Shown here: positions 41,675-50,872 of the stretch, one piece after another
Layout of the letters: every line of letters starts with the position of its first letter
Position numbering within the stretch: the stretch's first letter is position 1
Assembly (NCBI GenBank): GCA_020724845.1
Contig: DYGE01000001.1
Coordinates: 1-56,217, forward strand
Length of the DNA: 56,217 nucleotides
Source of the DNA: Candidatus Paceibacter sp.
GTDB taxonomy: Bacteria > Patescibacteriota > Minisyncoccia > UBA6257 > 02-FULL-45-10c
Reading direction: 5' to 3'
Notes under the pieces: model-generated
The model's database searches: none
The model's input: the letters and a program-made list of their open reading frames with translations, nothing else
Told to the model about the DNA's origin: nothing
Position numbers and translations under genes: made by a program

Positions 41675-41860
41675 TTACCATGACGATTTCTTTACTCCAG
41701 GAAGCTCCCCTTTAATTGCCATTTCTCGGAAACAGATGCGGCACAATCCGAAATCCCTTATGAAGCCGCGTTTTCTCCCGCACCGAAAACAGCGAAGAAC
41801 TTTTCTGCTGGAAAATTTTGGTTTTTTTTCGGACCTCGCTATTACTGATTCTTTTGCCAT
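41675..41860 (-). CDS. rpsZ: 30S ribosomal protein S14, zinc-binding type Z (61 aa)
   Basis: [23 protein letters not shown], a CxxC...CxxC pattern. Confidence 0.93.
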   Translation of the reverse strand: MAKESVIARSEKKPKFSSRKVLRCFRCGRKRGFIRDFGLCRICFREMAIKGELPGVKKSSW

Positions 41861-41880
41861 AAATAGTGAATTATTGCTAA

Positions 41881-42417
41881 TTATTTGCTAAATGGTATGC
41901 CTAATTCTTTATATAATTCAATCGCTTTTTCCCGATTACGAAATTTAGGGACGAAAGTAACCTCAACGCCGAAGCTTGCTTTAGCCGTTTCCGGGCTGAC
42001 TTCCGGGAATACTAAATGTTCTTTAAGGCCGATGGTCAGATTTCCGTTAGCGTCAATTGATTCCTGGTTGATTCCTCGAAAATCGCGTACGCGCGGCAAT
42101 ACGGTGTGGGTGAATTTCGCGAGGAACTCGTTCATCCTACTTCTTCGCAGGGTTGTTTTCAACCCGACTGGAGTTCCCATTCTCAATTTGAATCCCGCGA
42201 TAGACTTCTTCGCGCTTCGAATTGACGGTTTTTGTCCGGTTATTATGCCCAGCTCTTTAATGATTTCCGGCAGAGTTTTTTCTTCAAAGCCGGGCTGGGC
42301 GGACATTCGGCCTACGCCGACATTGACTACGATTTTTTCCAATCCGGAATTCATATCTTTATTCGCTTTTTTTGCTTCTGATTGGGTCATGTTTATTTTT
42401 CTATAATTGATTTGCAT
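41881..42417 (-). CDS. rplE: 50S ribosomal protein L5
   Basis: [11 protein letters not shown]... is the L5 core. ATG 42417 overlaps rplX by 25 nt. The alternative ATG 42390 lies 2 nt after the rplX stop. Confidence 0.9.
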   Translation of the reverse strand: MQINYRKINMTQSEAKKANKDMNSGLEKIVVNVGVGRMSAQPGFEEKTLPEIIKELGIITGQKPSIRSAKKSIAGFKLRMGTPVGLKTTLRRSRMNEFLAKFTHTVLPRVRDFRGINQESIDANGNLTIGLKEHLVFPEVSPETAKASFGVEVTFVPKFRNREKAIELYKELGIPFSK

Positions 42418-42704
42418 TTTTTGCAGTATCGCAGCTTTTTATCCCCGTCGTTGCGGTAACCGATTCTAGTCGGTTTATTGCAGGATGGGCAAACAAGCAT
42501 CAGATTAGAGATGGCTATAGGCCTTGATACTGAAACCAATTCCCCCTTTTCTCCCTGCTTCTTGGGCCGCTGATGCTTCTTAAACATATTCAAACCTTTC
42601 ACCAGGGCTTTATTTTGCTTGGTTATGACTTCGGTAATTTTACCTTGCTTTCCCCTGTCCTTGCCTTTCATTATTTGAATGTTGTCTCCTTTGTGAATCT
42701 TCAT
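42393..42704 (-). CDS. rplX: 50S ribosomal protein L24 with C-terminal zinc ribbon
   Basis: KOW motif KGDNIQIMKGKDRGKQGKI, plus CPSCNK...CKKC. Confidence 0.92.
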   Translation of the reverse strand: MKIHKGDNIQIMKGKDRGKQGKITEVITKQNKALVKGLNMFKKHQRPKKQGEKGELVSVSRPIAISNLMLVCPSCNKPTRIGYRNDGDKKLRYCKKCKSIIEK

Positions 42705-42711
42705 AATTCTG

Positions 42712-43080
42712 TTAGACTACTTCTTCCGCCATGCCAAAAATAGTCTCAAATTTCTTTTCTTTAATTTCGCGGGGCAATGGCCCGAAAATTCTAGTGCCTT
42801 TTGGCTCCCCTTTCTCGTCTACTAAAACTACCGCGTTGTCGCCAAAGCGCACGTATGATCCGTCCTTTCTTCTTAAAGCGTTTCGCTGTCTTACTACTAG
42901 GGCTTTTACAACATCTTTCTTTTTAACCGCTTTTCTTGGTTCCGCGGTCTGGACGGACGCAATAATAATGTCGCCGATTGTAGCGTATCTTTTTCTACTG
43001 CCGCCGAGCACTCTGAAACAGCGAACGATTTTAGCGCCGCTATTGTCTGCAACTTTTAAAATTGATCTTTCTTGAATCAT
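42712..43080 (-). CDS. rplN: 50S ribosomal protein L14
   Basis: [17 protein letters not shown]... is canonical L14. Confidence 0.95.
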   Translation of the reverse strand: MIQERSILKVADNSGAKIVRCFRVLGGSRKRYATIGDIIIASVQTAEPRKAVKKKDVVKALVVRQRNALRRKDGSYVRFGDNAVVLVDEKGEPKGTRIFGPLPREIKEKKFETIFGMAEEVV

Positions 43081-43087
43081 ATTATAT

Positions 43088-43426
43088 TTATACTTTGCCT
43101 ATGACCCGCCATCTTTTTTCTTTGGATATCGGGCGGGTTTCTTGGATTACTACTTTATCTCCCAAGCTGTATTTGCCCTCGTCCTCATTGTGCACTTTGA
43201 ATCTTTTCGTGTTTTTAAAATGTTTTTTGTATTTGGAGTGAAGCCTTAATGAGGAAATTGCCACCACCAAAGTCTTTTTCATCTTGGTCGAAACGACTGT
43301 GCCCTCAAGTCTCCTGCCTGATGGCTTATTTTTAGGCATGCCAGTATTAGCCGTTTCTTGCGCGGCTGGCTTTTGGTTGTCGTCTTGGCCCATATTTTGG
43401 TTATCTCCAAAAATTTTTTTAAACAT
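43088..43426 (-). CDS. rpsQ: 30S ribosomal protein S17 with about 35-aa N-terminal extension
   Basis: The core [18 protein letters not shown]...FKVHNEDE...[18 protein letters not shown] is preceded by a low-complexity Gln/Asn/Asp-rich leader. Confidence 0.9.
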   Translation of the reverse strand: MFKKIFGDNQNMGQDDNQKPAAQETANTGMPKNKPSGRRLEGTVVSTKMKKTLVVAISSLRLHSKYKKHFKNTKRFKVHNEDEGKYSLGDKVVIQETRPISKEKRWRVIGKV

Positions 43427-43428
43427 AC

Positions 43429-43632
43429 TTATTTATTTAATGCTTTTTCTCTTAGGACGGTATTTATAACAGCGACATTTCTTTTTAATTTTCTAATTTC
43501 GCTGACATTTTGTATTTTACCGCTTACTAAATCCGCGCGAAGCTGCCATAATTTATCCTTGTCAGCTTGCAAGTCTTTTATTAATTCCGCTTCGTCTTTC
43601 TCGCGTAATTTGTGCAATGTGTCTTTTTTCAT
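43429..43632 (-). CDS. rpmC: 50S ribosomal protein L29
   Basis: 67 aa. LREKDEAELIKDLQADKDKLWQLR pattern at the canonical position. Confidence 0.9.
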   Translation of the reverse strand: MKKDTLHKLREKDEAELIKDLQADKDKLWQLRADLVSGKIQNVSEIRKLKRNVAVINTVLREKALNK

Positions 43633-43640
43633 AAATAATA

Positions 43641-44054
43641 TTAATCCCTGCTTACTATTCTTGTTTTAACTGGCAGTTTGTACCCGGCCAATCTCAATGC
43701 TTCTTTGGCGACTTCCGGGGCTACTCCATCCATTTCAAACAGAATTCTGCCCGGCCTGACCGGAAAGACGAATTCTTTTACGTCTCCCTTCCCGCCTCCC
43801 ATGGTGACTTCCGGCGGCTTCTGCGTTACTGGTTTATCGGGGAAGATCCTAATCCATACTTTTCCTTCTCTTTTCATGAAATTGCTGATGGTCCTCCTGG
43901 CCGCCTCTATTTGCCTGCCGTTTATCCAAGCGCTGCTTTCGGCTTTCAACCCAAAACTGCCGTAGGCTATAGTAGCGCCTCGGGTTTCAATCTTACGCTT
44001 CAGAGAGCGTCCCTTTTGCCATTTTCTATGTTTTATCTTCTTAGGGGTCAACAT
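43641..44054 (-). CDS. rplP: 50S ribosomal protein L16
   Basis: [16 protein letters not shown]...[12 protein letters not shown]. Confidence 0.95.
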   Translation of the reverse strand: MLTPKKIKHRKWQKGRSLKRKIETRGATIAYGSFGLKAESSAWINGRQIEAARRTISNFMKREGKVWIRIFPDKPVTQKPPEVTMGGGKGDVKEFVFPVRPGRILFEMDGVAPEVAKEALRLAGYKLPVKTRIVSRD

Positions 44055-44063
44055 GTTAGTTTT

Positions 44064-44723
44064 TTATACTTCGCCTTTATAAATCCACACTTTTATCCCT
44101 ATGGTTCCGTAAGTGGTAAAAGCGGTAGCGTGGCCGTAATCAATATTAGCTCTTAACGTGGTAAGCGGGAGCCTGCCTTTGGCCAGCCATTCTTTTCTCG
44201 CTATTTCGCTTCCATTTAGCCTGCCCGATACTTTAATCTTAGCTCCTTGGGCAGAACGGTTTTGAGATATAAAGTCCAAATGTTTTTTCAGGGTGCGTCG
44301 GTAAGGCAATCTCCTTTCCAGATCCGAAGCAATTTGCTGTGCGATTACCGAGCTGGAAACCTCTCCGCGCTTGATTTCTTCCACATTCAAACTAACTGAA
44401 GACGGAGCGGCGCCTTTATATTTTCTAGCTATCTTGGCCAATTTAAGCTCAATGGCCTTTGTCAGGTCTTCAATACCCTTTCCTCCGCGGCCGATTACTA
44501 ATCCCGGCTTAGAAGCCCCGATTAGGATTTTGCACTTGGCGTTATTCCTTTCTATGTCGATTTTATCTATGCCGGCGCTGCCGATTTTTTCTTGGATAAT
44601 TTTGCGAATAACAATATCTTCTTCCAGAAATCTCTTTGCGGCGCCTTTTTTAACAAACCATCTGGAGGTCCAGTCCTTGGTTATTCCTAATCTATATGAA
44701 TTTGGTTGGATTTTATGACTCAT
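44064..44723 (-). CDS. rpsC: 30S ribosomal protein S3
   Basis: MSHKIQPNSYRLGITKDWTSRW..., a KH domain, and C-terminal GRLNGSEIAR. Confidence 0.95.
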   Translation of the reverse strand: MSHKIQPNSYRLGITKDWTSRWFVKKGAAKRFLEEDIVIRKIIQEKIGSAGIDKIDIERNNAKCKILIGASKPGLVIGRGGKGIEDLTKAIELKLAKIARKYKGAAPSSVSLNVEEIKRGEVSSSVIAQQIASDLERRLPYRRTLKKHLDFISQNRSAQGAKIKVSGRLNGSEIARKEWLAKGRLPLTTLRANIDYGHATAFTTYGTIGIKVWIYKGEV

Positions 44724-44740
44724 AAATTTTGTAATAAAAC

Positions 44741-45259
44741 CTAAACGCTCTTTCTCCTAAATATTTTCTTCAAGAATCCGCCCTTTTCTTTTGTTTTCTG
44801 GGCTGGCTTTTCTTGTTCTTCCGGCTTTGCCTTTTCCACTGGCTTTTTCACCTTCTTTTCTGCCTTAGGCAGCTTGGCCTTTTTCTGGGAAACTATGTTA
44901 AATCTCTGCTTTTCCAAACCAGGCTTTTCTTCCAATACTAAAATAACGTGGCTGGTTTTCTTGTGGATAGGAGTTGCCCGGCCCATTGCTCTCGGCAAGA
45001 ATCGCTTCATAGTCGGGCCTTGATCAACTCGGATGCTTTGAACTACCAAGTTTTCCGCGTTTAACTTCTGGTTATTTTTAGCATTAGCCATCGCGGAACG
45101 CAAGAGCTTTAGTAACGGCTTGCTGGATCTTTGCGGCCTGAACAAAAGCTGGGCCTCTGCCTCATTAACCGGCATTCCTTTGATTGCCGCGGCAACAAGC
45201 CGCACCTTTCTAGGGGCTATATGAAGATGGCTTAATTTCGCGGTGACTTGAGTATTCAT
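44741..45259 (-). CDS. rplV: 50S ribosomal protein L22 with Lys-rich C-terminal extension
   Basis: L22 core ISPRKVRLVAAAIKG...RAMGRATPIHKKTSHV, followed by about 55 aa of K/E/P-rich tail. Confidence 0.92.
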   Translation of the reverse strand: MNTQVTAKLSHLHIAPRKVRLVAAAIKGMPVNEAEAQLLFRPQRSSKPLLKLLRSAMANAKNNQKLNAENLVVQSIRVDQGPTMKRFLPRAMGRATPIHKKTSHVILVLEEKPGLEKQRFNIVSQKKAKLPKAEKKVKKPVEKAKPEEQEKPAQKTKEKGGFLKKIFRRKSV

Positions 45260-45268
45260 AAAATTTGA

Positions 45269-45583
45269 CTATTTTTTAGCTTCTCCAGCCGGAGCCGCTG
45301 GTTTGGCAGATTCTAATTCTCGCTGCATTTTACCGCCGTGCCTGACGAACTTCTTGGTTGGCGAAAACTCTCCAAGCCGGTGCCCGACCATCTCCTCTTT
45401 TACTTGAACTTCAATGAAGTCTTTGCCGTTATGGACACCGAACCTAAAGCCAACCATTTCCGGAGCTATTTCCGAGTCTCTGGACCAAGTCTTAATAACC
45501 ACCTTGTCCCCAGGCTTTAAATTGGAAATCTTTTTTAACAGTTTCGGATCTACGTAAGGACCCTTTTTAGCTGATCTGCTCAT
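45269..45583 (-). CDS. rpsS: 30S ribosomal protein S19
   Basis: [18 protein letters not shown]...[13 protein letters not shown]. Confidence 0.95.
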   Translation of the reverse strand: MSRSAKKGPYVDPKLLKKISNLKPGDKVVIKTWSRDSEIAPEMVGFRFGVHNGKDFIEVQVKEEMVGHRLGEFSPTKKFVRHGGKMQRELESAKPAAPAGEAKK

Positions 45584-45600
45584 AAATTGGTATAAACCGC

Positions 45601-46428
45601 TTATTTTTTCGGCCTTCTAGTTAAAATTAATTTATTTGACCACTTATTTTTTCTTCTAGTTTTTCTGCCTCCGGTAACATTGCCCCATTTATCTTTCGGC
45701 TTTCTGGTGCCTCTTTGAGTGCTGCCTTCTCCGCCTCCATAAGGATGGTCAACAGGGTTCATAGCTTTGCCGCGCACGGTCGGTCTGATTCCAAGCCATC
45801 TTGACCTGCCGGCTTTTCCGATTGTTACTAAACTCCAGTCTTGGTTTGATACTTGGCCGATAGAAGCATATCCGGATGAAGAAACTCTGCGGACTTCGCC
45901 AGAGGAAAGTTTCAATACCGAATGATTGCCCTCATGCCCCAGAACTTCCGCGTAAGATCCGGCTGATCGCGCCAGTTGCCCGCCTTTGCCTGCCTGCAAT
46001 TCTACATTATAAACCAAGTAGCCGATCGGGATATTTTTTAAAAGCAAACGATTTCCGGTATTCAGAGGCGCTTGCGGAGAGGTCACGATTTCATCTCCGA
46101 CTTTCAGGTCTTTTGGCGCCAAAATATAACTCCAAGATCCGTCCTTGTAAGAAACTAAGGCTATGAAGGCAGTGCGGTATGGATCATATTCCACGCTTTT
46201 CACCCGCGCTGTAACGTCTATTTTATTTTGTTTAAAGTCTACCAGGCGATAGAGTTTCTTATTGCCGCCTCCTTGATGGCGCATAGTTATTCTTCCCTGG
46301 TTGTTTCTTCCGGCTTTGTTGGCCATCCCTTTAGTGAGGGATTTTGCCGGCTTGGCAGTGCTTAAAGCTCCGTAATCAACGGTGCTCATTTGCCTTCTAG
46401 ATGGACTTGTTGGCTTATATGATTTCAT
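45601..46428 (-). CDS. rplB: 50S ribosomal protein L2
   Basis: [16 protein letters not shown]...[18 protein letters not shown]. Confidence 0.96.
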   Translation of the reverse strand: MKSYKPTSPSRRQMSTVDYGALSTAKPAKSLTKGMANKAGRNNQGRITMRHQGGGNKKLYRLVDFKQNKIDVTARVKSVEYDPYRTAFIALVSYKDGSWSYILAPKDLKVGDEIVTSPQAPLNTGNRLLLKNIPIGYLVYNVELQAGKGGQLARSAGSYAEVLGHEGNHSVLKLSSGEVRRVSSSGYASIGQVSNQDWSLVTIGKAGRSRWLGIRPTVRGKAMNPVDHPYGGGEGSTQRGTRKPKDKWGNVTGGRKTRRKNKWSNKLILTRRPKK

Positions 46429-46443
46429 AGATTTGAATCAAAT

Positions 46444-46722
46444 TTATTGCGGCAGGACGTCTAATTTTTGCCCCTCTTTTAATGTGACTATTATTTTCTT
46501 ATGCCCGGATTTTTTCCCGACGGAGGCTCCAAGCCTTCTGGTTTTTCCTTTAGTGTTGATCACGTTCGTTCTTAGTACATTGACCTTGTAAACTTCTTCT
46601 ACTATTTTTTTAACTTCTGGAGCTGTCGCCTTTTTATCCACCAGAAAAACATACTTGCCTCCTTTGCCAAGTTCAGCGGATTTTTCGGTTACCAGTGGGT
46701 TTTTTATTAAAAATTTATTCAT
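46444..46722 (-). CDS. rplW: 50S ribosomal protein L23
   Basis: ITEKS..., YVFLVDKKATAPEVKKIVE and KKIIVTL patterns at the canonical position. Confidence 0.92.
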   Translation of the reverse strand: MNKFLIKNPLVTEKSAELGKGGKYVFLVDKKATAPEVKKIVEEVYKVNVLRTNVINTKGKTRRLGASVGKKSGHKKIIVTLKEGQKLDVLPQ

Positions 46723-46727
46723 AACGA

Positions 46728-47342
46728 TTAGCTAGTGAGCTTGTTTAAAACACTTTGATCCATTAATACGTATTTATGCGTTAAAATATCATAAGCATTG
46801 AGGCGGTTAACTTTTACCGCGTTCGTTCTTTCTAAATTGGCAGCGGCCCTCATTAGAGCGTTGTCATCTTCATTGACGACAAGGAGAACGGAATTTTTTC
46901 CGGCTAAGTTGGCGGTTATTTTCGCAAGCTCTTTAGTTTTCGGCGCGCCAATCTTTAATTCGCTTACTACCTTAAGTTCCTCGGCCGCCGCCTTCTGCGA
47001 TAAGGCGCTAAGCAGGGATTGCTTAAGCATTCCGGAATTGATTTTTTGGGAAAAATCCGTGGTATTTCTCGGCCCGAAAGTGACTCCGCCATGCCTCCAA
47101 ATCGGCGAGCGGCTTGAGCCGTGTCTGGCGTTTCCGGTTCCTTTCTGCCTCCACGGCTTTATGCCTCCTCCGCTGACTTCGCTGCGGTCTTTGGTGTGGG
47201 CGGTCGGCTTCCTTTTATTGGCGGCGATTGACTTGAATACTTGATGGACCATGCCTGGGTTCCAGGCAGTCAGCAAAAATTCAGGCATTGCCATTTCGCC
47301 TGTTACATTTCCGTCTCGATTGTATAATTTAATCTGCGCCAT
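46728..47342 (-). CDS. rplD: 50S ribosomal protein L4
   Basis: GGGIKPWRQKGTGNARHGSSRSPIWRHGGVTFGP. Confidence 0.95.
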   Translation of the reverse strand: MAQIKLYNRDGNVTGEMAMPEFLLTAWNPGMVHQVFKSIAANKRKPTAHTKDRSEVSGGGIKPWRQKGTGNARHGSSRSPIWRHGGVTFGPRNTTDFSQKINSGMLKQSLLSALSQKAAAEELKVVSELKIGAPKTKELAKITANLAGKNSVLLVVNEDDNALMRAAANLERTNAVKVNRLNAYDILTHKYVLMDQSVLNKLTS

Positions 47343-47347
47343 TTTAT

Positions 47348-47770
47348 TTATGATTTAACAATCATAACTTTACCGTTTTTATTGCCCGGAACTGATCCTC
47401 GGACCATGACTATTGAGTTATCTTTATCAATTTGTACAACTTTCAAATTGCGGATCGTTTGCCTAGCTCCTCCCATGCGCCCAGCCATTTTTCGGCCAGG
47501 GATGACCCTCTGGGGGGCGGTATTGCCGATTGAACCAGGAGCTCGGTATCTATTTTTCTGGCCGTGGGTTTTTGGGCCTCCGCCGAAACTGTATCTTTTA
47601 ACGACACCCTGAAAACCGCGCCCCTTAGTGGTGCCGGTGACTTTTACCTTATCTCCTTCTTGGAGATCCCCCAATTCAGTGCCGCTTTCAAGCTTTAGCG
47701 GTGAAACGGAAACAACGCTGTCGTCTTTCCAGATTTGGGTCATTTTCATTTTTTTGGCTAATATCTTCAT
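47348..47770 (-). CDS. rplC: 50S ribosomal protein L3, unusually short (about 140 aa)
   Basis: Start trimmed to ATG 47770 ([14 protein letters not shown] matches the usual GKK.GMTQIF start). [17 protein letters not shown]...GSIG...[10 protein letters not shown] is conserved. The central segment is missing. Confidence 0.88.
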   Translation of the reverse strand: MKILAKKMKMTQIWKDDSVVSVSPLKLESGTELGDLQEGDKVKVTGTTKGRGFQGVVKRYSFGGGPKTHGQKNRYRAPGSIGNTAPQRVIPGRKMAGRMGGARQTIRNLKVVQIDKDNSIVMVRGSVPGNKNGKVMIVKS

Positions 47771-47780
47771 GTTGGTATTA

Positions 47781-47810
47781 AAAATCGCAGGCATAGCCGC
47801 CTGCGATTTT
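47781..47810 (-). promoter_or_regulatory. Strong terminator/attenuator-like hairpin between rpsJ and rplC
   Basis: 12-bp perfect stem AAAATCGCAGGC (47781-47792) / GCCTGCGATTTT (47799-47810) with a 6-nt loop. Its A/T ends give a U-tract on either strand. Confidence 0.55.
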
Positions 47811-47885
47811 TAAGAATCACATTGAATTTGGCTATTCCTTACGATGTTTTTATTGAAACTTTGGTATTCATTAGCTCTGAATATA

Positions 47886-48212
47886 TTACACCATTTTGAT
47901 TTCAATATCAACACCTGCAGGCAAGTTGAGAGCAGAAAGCGATTCAATAATCTTTGGATTCGGATTCAATATATCAATTACCCTCTTATGGACGCGCAGC
48001 TCGAATTGTTCCCGCGAATCCTTATGAACGAAAGTTGACCTATTGACCGTATACTTTCTTATCTCGGTTGGCAAAGGAATCGGTCCGACAACTTCCGCGT
48101 CGTGCCGTTGCGCAGTTTCTGTTATTTGCTTACAAGAACTGTCGATCAATTTATGATCGTAGGCCTTTACCTTCAATCTTATTTTTTCTTTTTCAATGTC
48201 TTTTTTTGCCAT
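47886..48212 (-). CDS. rpsJ: 30S ribosomal protein S10
   Basis: [20 protein letters not shown]...[25 protein letters not shown]. Confidence 0.95.
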   Translation of the reverse strand: MAKKDIEKEKIRLKVKAYDHKLIDSSCKQITETAQRHDAEVVGPIPLPTEIRKYTVNRSTFVHKDSREQFELRVHKRVIDILNPNPKIIESLSALNLPAGVDIEIKMV

Positions 48213-48256
48213 GCTTTGTTTGGCTAAACTCTTGGCTAGCCTAATCGACTAAAATA

Positions 48257-49456
48257 TTATTTTAAAATTTTAGTCACAACTCCCGCTCCAACCGTCTTAC
48301 CTCCTTCTCGGATGGCAAAACGCTGTTTTTCTTCCAACGCGACAGGAGCAATCAATTTGACGGTAAGCTTGACAGTATCGCCAGGCATTACCATCTCCAT
48401 GCCCTCCGGCAGGATAACCTCTCCGGTAACGTCAGTAGTTCGGATATAGAATTGAGGCTTGTACCCCTTAAAGAACGGGGTGTGCCGGCCGCCTTCTTCT
48501 TTGCCTAAGACATAAACTTCAGTTTCAAAATCAGTGTGCGGAGTGACAGAACCCGGCTTAGCCAAGACTTGTCCTCTCTCCACGTCTTCTTTCTTTAATC
48601 CGCGGAGCAGCAAACCAACGTTATCGCCGGCTTGTCCCTCGTCAAGAAGCTTGTTGAACATTTCAATTCCGGTAACCACAGTTTTAGTGGTTGGGCGGAG
48701 TCCGATGATTTCAATTTCTTCGTTTATTTTGACTATACCTCTTTCAATACGTCCGGTGACAACAGTGCCTCGTCCTTCAATAGAGAAGATGTCTTCAACC
48801 GGCATAAGGAACGGTTTGCTGGTGTCTCGGACCGGTTCTGGGATGAATTCGTCCAAAGCCTTTACCAATTCTAAGATCGGCTTGGCAGCTTCGTCATCGG
48901 CAGATTTGGCCTCAAGAGCCTTTAATGCTGATCCGCGAATTACCGGCGTTTCATCGCCAGGAAATTCGTATTTCTTTAAGAGCTCTCTGACCTCGGACTC
49001 TACTAGGTCAACTAATTCTTTATCGTCAACCATATCTACTTTATTCAAGAAGACAACTAAGGCCGGAACACCGACTTGGCGCGCTAAAAGGATATGCTCT
49101 CTGGTTTGAGGCATCGGGCCGTCAGCCGCGGAAACTACCAGGACTGCGCCGTCCATCTGGGCTGCGCCGGTAATCATGTTTTTGATGTAGTCAGCGTGGC
49201 CAGGGGCGTCTACGTGCGCGTAGTGCCGCTTTTCAGATTCATATTCGGAGTGGTGAAGCGCGATAGTGATACCTCTAGCTTTTTCTTCCGGAGCGTTGTC
49301 AATTTGATCAACTGACTCCGCTTTTTTCGCCCAACCTTTTAAGTGGAGGACATTAGTAATAGCCGCGGTCAAAGTAGTTTTGCCGTGGTCTACGTGTCCA
49401 ATTGTTCCGACGTTTACGTGAGGCTTTGAGCGCTCAAATTTTTCTTTTTCTGCCAT
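48257..49456 (-). CDS. tuf: Elongation factor Tu
   Basis: [22 protein letters not shown] and the full-length EF-Tu pattern. Confidence 0.98.
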   Translation of the reverse strand: MAEKEKFERSKPHVNVGTIGHVDHGKTTLTAAITNVLHLKGWAKKAESVDQIDNAPEEKARGITIALHHSEYESEKRHYAHVDAPGHADYIKNMITGAAQMDGAVLVVSAADGPMPQTREHILLARQVGVPALVVFLNKVDMVDDKELVDLVESEVRELLKKYEFPGDETPVIRGSALKALEAKSADDEAAKPILELVKALDEFIPEPVRDTSKPFLMPVEDIFSIEGRGTVVTGRIERGIVKINEEIEIIGLRPTTKTVVTGIEMFNKLLDEGQAGDNVGLLLRGLKKEDVERGQVLAKPGSVTPHTDFETEVYVLGKEEGGRHTPFFKGYKPQFYIRTTDVTGEVILPEGMEMVMPGDTVKLTVKLIAPVALEEKQRFAIREGGKTVGAGVVTKILK

Positions 49457-49763
49457 ACTTTGTGTTTAAAGCGGATTATAAGCCGTGCCGCCTTTTAACT
49501 AATTATTATTAATTTTAATTATCTTATAATTTTTATTTTATTACCTTTCGACGCGTAATACGAAATAGTATATATGAAAGGGGTTATGCGTGTCAACCCC
49601 TCTCGGTATACAGTCAAAGATTAGGATATCACTATCTCCCAAGTAGGTCAATAGCGCTTGAGTGTTGATAAAGTTTTTGAGCGTTTTTCAAATAATCTAA
49701 TCTTTATAGACAAGTTAGTTTTTTTCTGGTATTTTCTGTTTAGAACTACAAAATGGCGCGTCA

Positions 49764-50399
49764 ATGCCAATCCTGACAGAAGTCAGTTTGTTGTTCGCGC
49801 TGATAATGGCCCGCATCTGGATTTTTGACAAAATGGGTTGGATAACTGTTGCTGCCACTGCGATTCCGATTTCGCTTGCCGCGTTCAGTTGGTATAAGCG
49901 TGGTGATAATTTGAAGTCATTAGGAGTCGCGCCGGATGATTTCAGCAAGGACTTTAAGTTGATTGCCGCCACCTTCCTGACTCTTTGGGCAATCGTTATG
50001 ACTATCGCGGTTTTCTGGAATCCCATCGCTTTGAGTAATCCGGACCTGCTTTACAAATTCGGCAAGCACGCCGTACTCTATTTTTTCTGGGCGCTTCTCC
50101 AACAGCTTTGGTGTAACGGCTATTTCGTGAATCGGCTTAACGCCTGCCTGAAAAATACCACTCTGACGTCACTTTTGACCGGCCTGCTGTTCGGAATTAT
50201 CCACCTGCCTAACCCTGTTCTGTTTACCGCCACCTTCATCGGCGGCGCGTTGAGCGCTCATTTCTTTCAGCGCAACCGCAATCTTTATTGGCTTGCTTTG
50301 GGCCACGCCCTTTTGGCGGTTTCCATCCACAAATTCCTGCCTCCTCTCTGGCATCACAACTTGAGGATCGGCTGGGATTTCTGGACTTGGACGCCGTAA
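49764..50399 (+). CDS. CPBP (CAAX/Abi-type) intramembrane protease homologue with degenerate catalytic motifs
   Basis: Multi-TM protein. LQQLWCNGYF sits where CPBP proteins have EExxFRG. LLFGIIH (FxxxH) is present. GHALLAV sits where HxxxN/D is expected. Confidence 0.6.
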   Translation: MPILTEVSLLFALIMARIWIFDKMGWITVAATAIPISLAAFSWYKRGDNLKSLGVAPDDFSKDFKLIAATFLTLWAIVMTIAVFWNPIALSNPDLLYKFGKHAVLYFFWALLQQLWCNGYFVNRLNACLKNTTLTSLLTGLLFGIIHLPNPVLFTATFIGGALSAHFFQRNRNLYWLALGHALLAVSIHKFLPPLWHHNLRIGWDFWTWTP

Positions 50400-50422
50400 A
50401 ACCCCGCTAACGCGGGGTTTTT
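50398..50422. terminator. Bidirectional rho-independent terminator
   Basis: AAAACCCCGC (50398-50407) / GCGGGGTTTT (50412-50421) with loop TAAC. The stop codons of both convergent genes lie inside it. Confidence 0.8.
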
Positions 50423-50766
50423 ACTGTAGAAAGAGAGTTTAGGAAGTTTTCCAGCGCCTGATCGTAAGACGGATTTTTGGGGACATCCATCCAGTGCGAT
50501 TTCATAAACTCCTCTTCTGCCTTTTTTAAAAGAGCTTTTTGGTTCTTGTTCAACTTTTTGCTTGTTCTCATTCTTTGAAGCTTATCCATTGCCAGCAATG
50601 CGCCCTCTTCCCAGATGTTCAACTTGTCAAAACATACCTTGAGAAATTCGCGCGGTTCTTTAGCGAAGTCTCTGGCGCGCTTTTCGTTCGCTTCCTTTTC
50701 CATCTTTCTCTTTTGAATTAAGTCCTGAATCATCTTCTCTTTGCCACTAGGCTTCTTTTTCACCAC
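50407..50766 (-). CDS. Hypothetical basic protein (119 aa)
   Basis: GTG start in the track. Lys/Glu-rich and helical-looking. No motif recognised. Confidence 0.5.
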   Translation of the reverse strand: MVKKKPSGKEKMIQDLIQKRKMEKEANEKRARDFAKEPREFLKVCFDKLNIWEEGALLAMDKLQRMRTSKKLNKNQKALLKKAEEEFMKSHWMDVPKNPSYDQALENFLNSLSTVKTPR

Positions 50767-50837
50767 AGGACCTCTCCTTTATGCGGTTTTAATCTGCGCT
50801 AATACTAAAATAAACCAAAATAATCCGATTAGTCAAC

Positions 50838-50861
50838 AAAAAAACCGCCCTTTGTGGGCGG
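50838..50861 (-). terminator. Rho-independent terminator (copy 1 of a repeated terminator module)
   Basis: The minus strand reads CCGCCC-ACAAA-GGGCGG followed by TTTTTTT. The 23-nt AAAAAACCGCCCTTTGTGGGCGG is identical to 51537-51559. Confidence 0.85.
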
Positions 50862-50872
50862 GGTGATGCGGG

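Noticed and set aside
41885-42406. Long antisense ORFs inside conserved genes. Examples: 41885..42406 in rplE, 48534..49109 in tuf, 54296..55039 in fusA, 35123..35617 in greA, 16657..17058 across the wHTH gene, and 7873..8265 / 8141..8455 in the amidohydrolase.
   Set aside because: Each lies entirely within a confidently identified gene on the other strand or in another frame. None has a recognisable motif, and their compositions are Ser/Leu/Arg-biased, as expected for antisense frames.
49457-49763. 307-bp AT-rich region upstream of tuf, examined for tRNA genes, an ncRNA or a riboswitch
   Set aside because: I could fold no cloverleaf or conserved motif. There is a plausible minus-strand promoter (TTGACA 49596..49591, 16 nt, TATATA 49574..49569) and a small GGGGTT/AACCCC hairpin. 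The evidence is too weak to list either as a feature.
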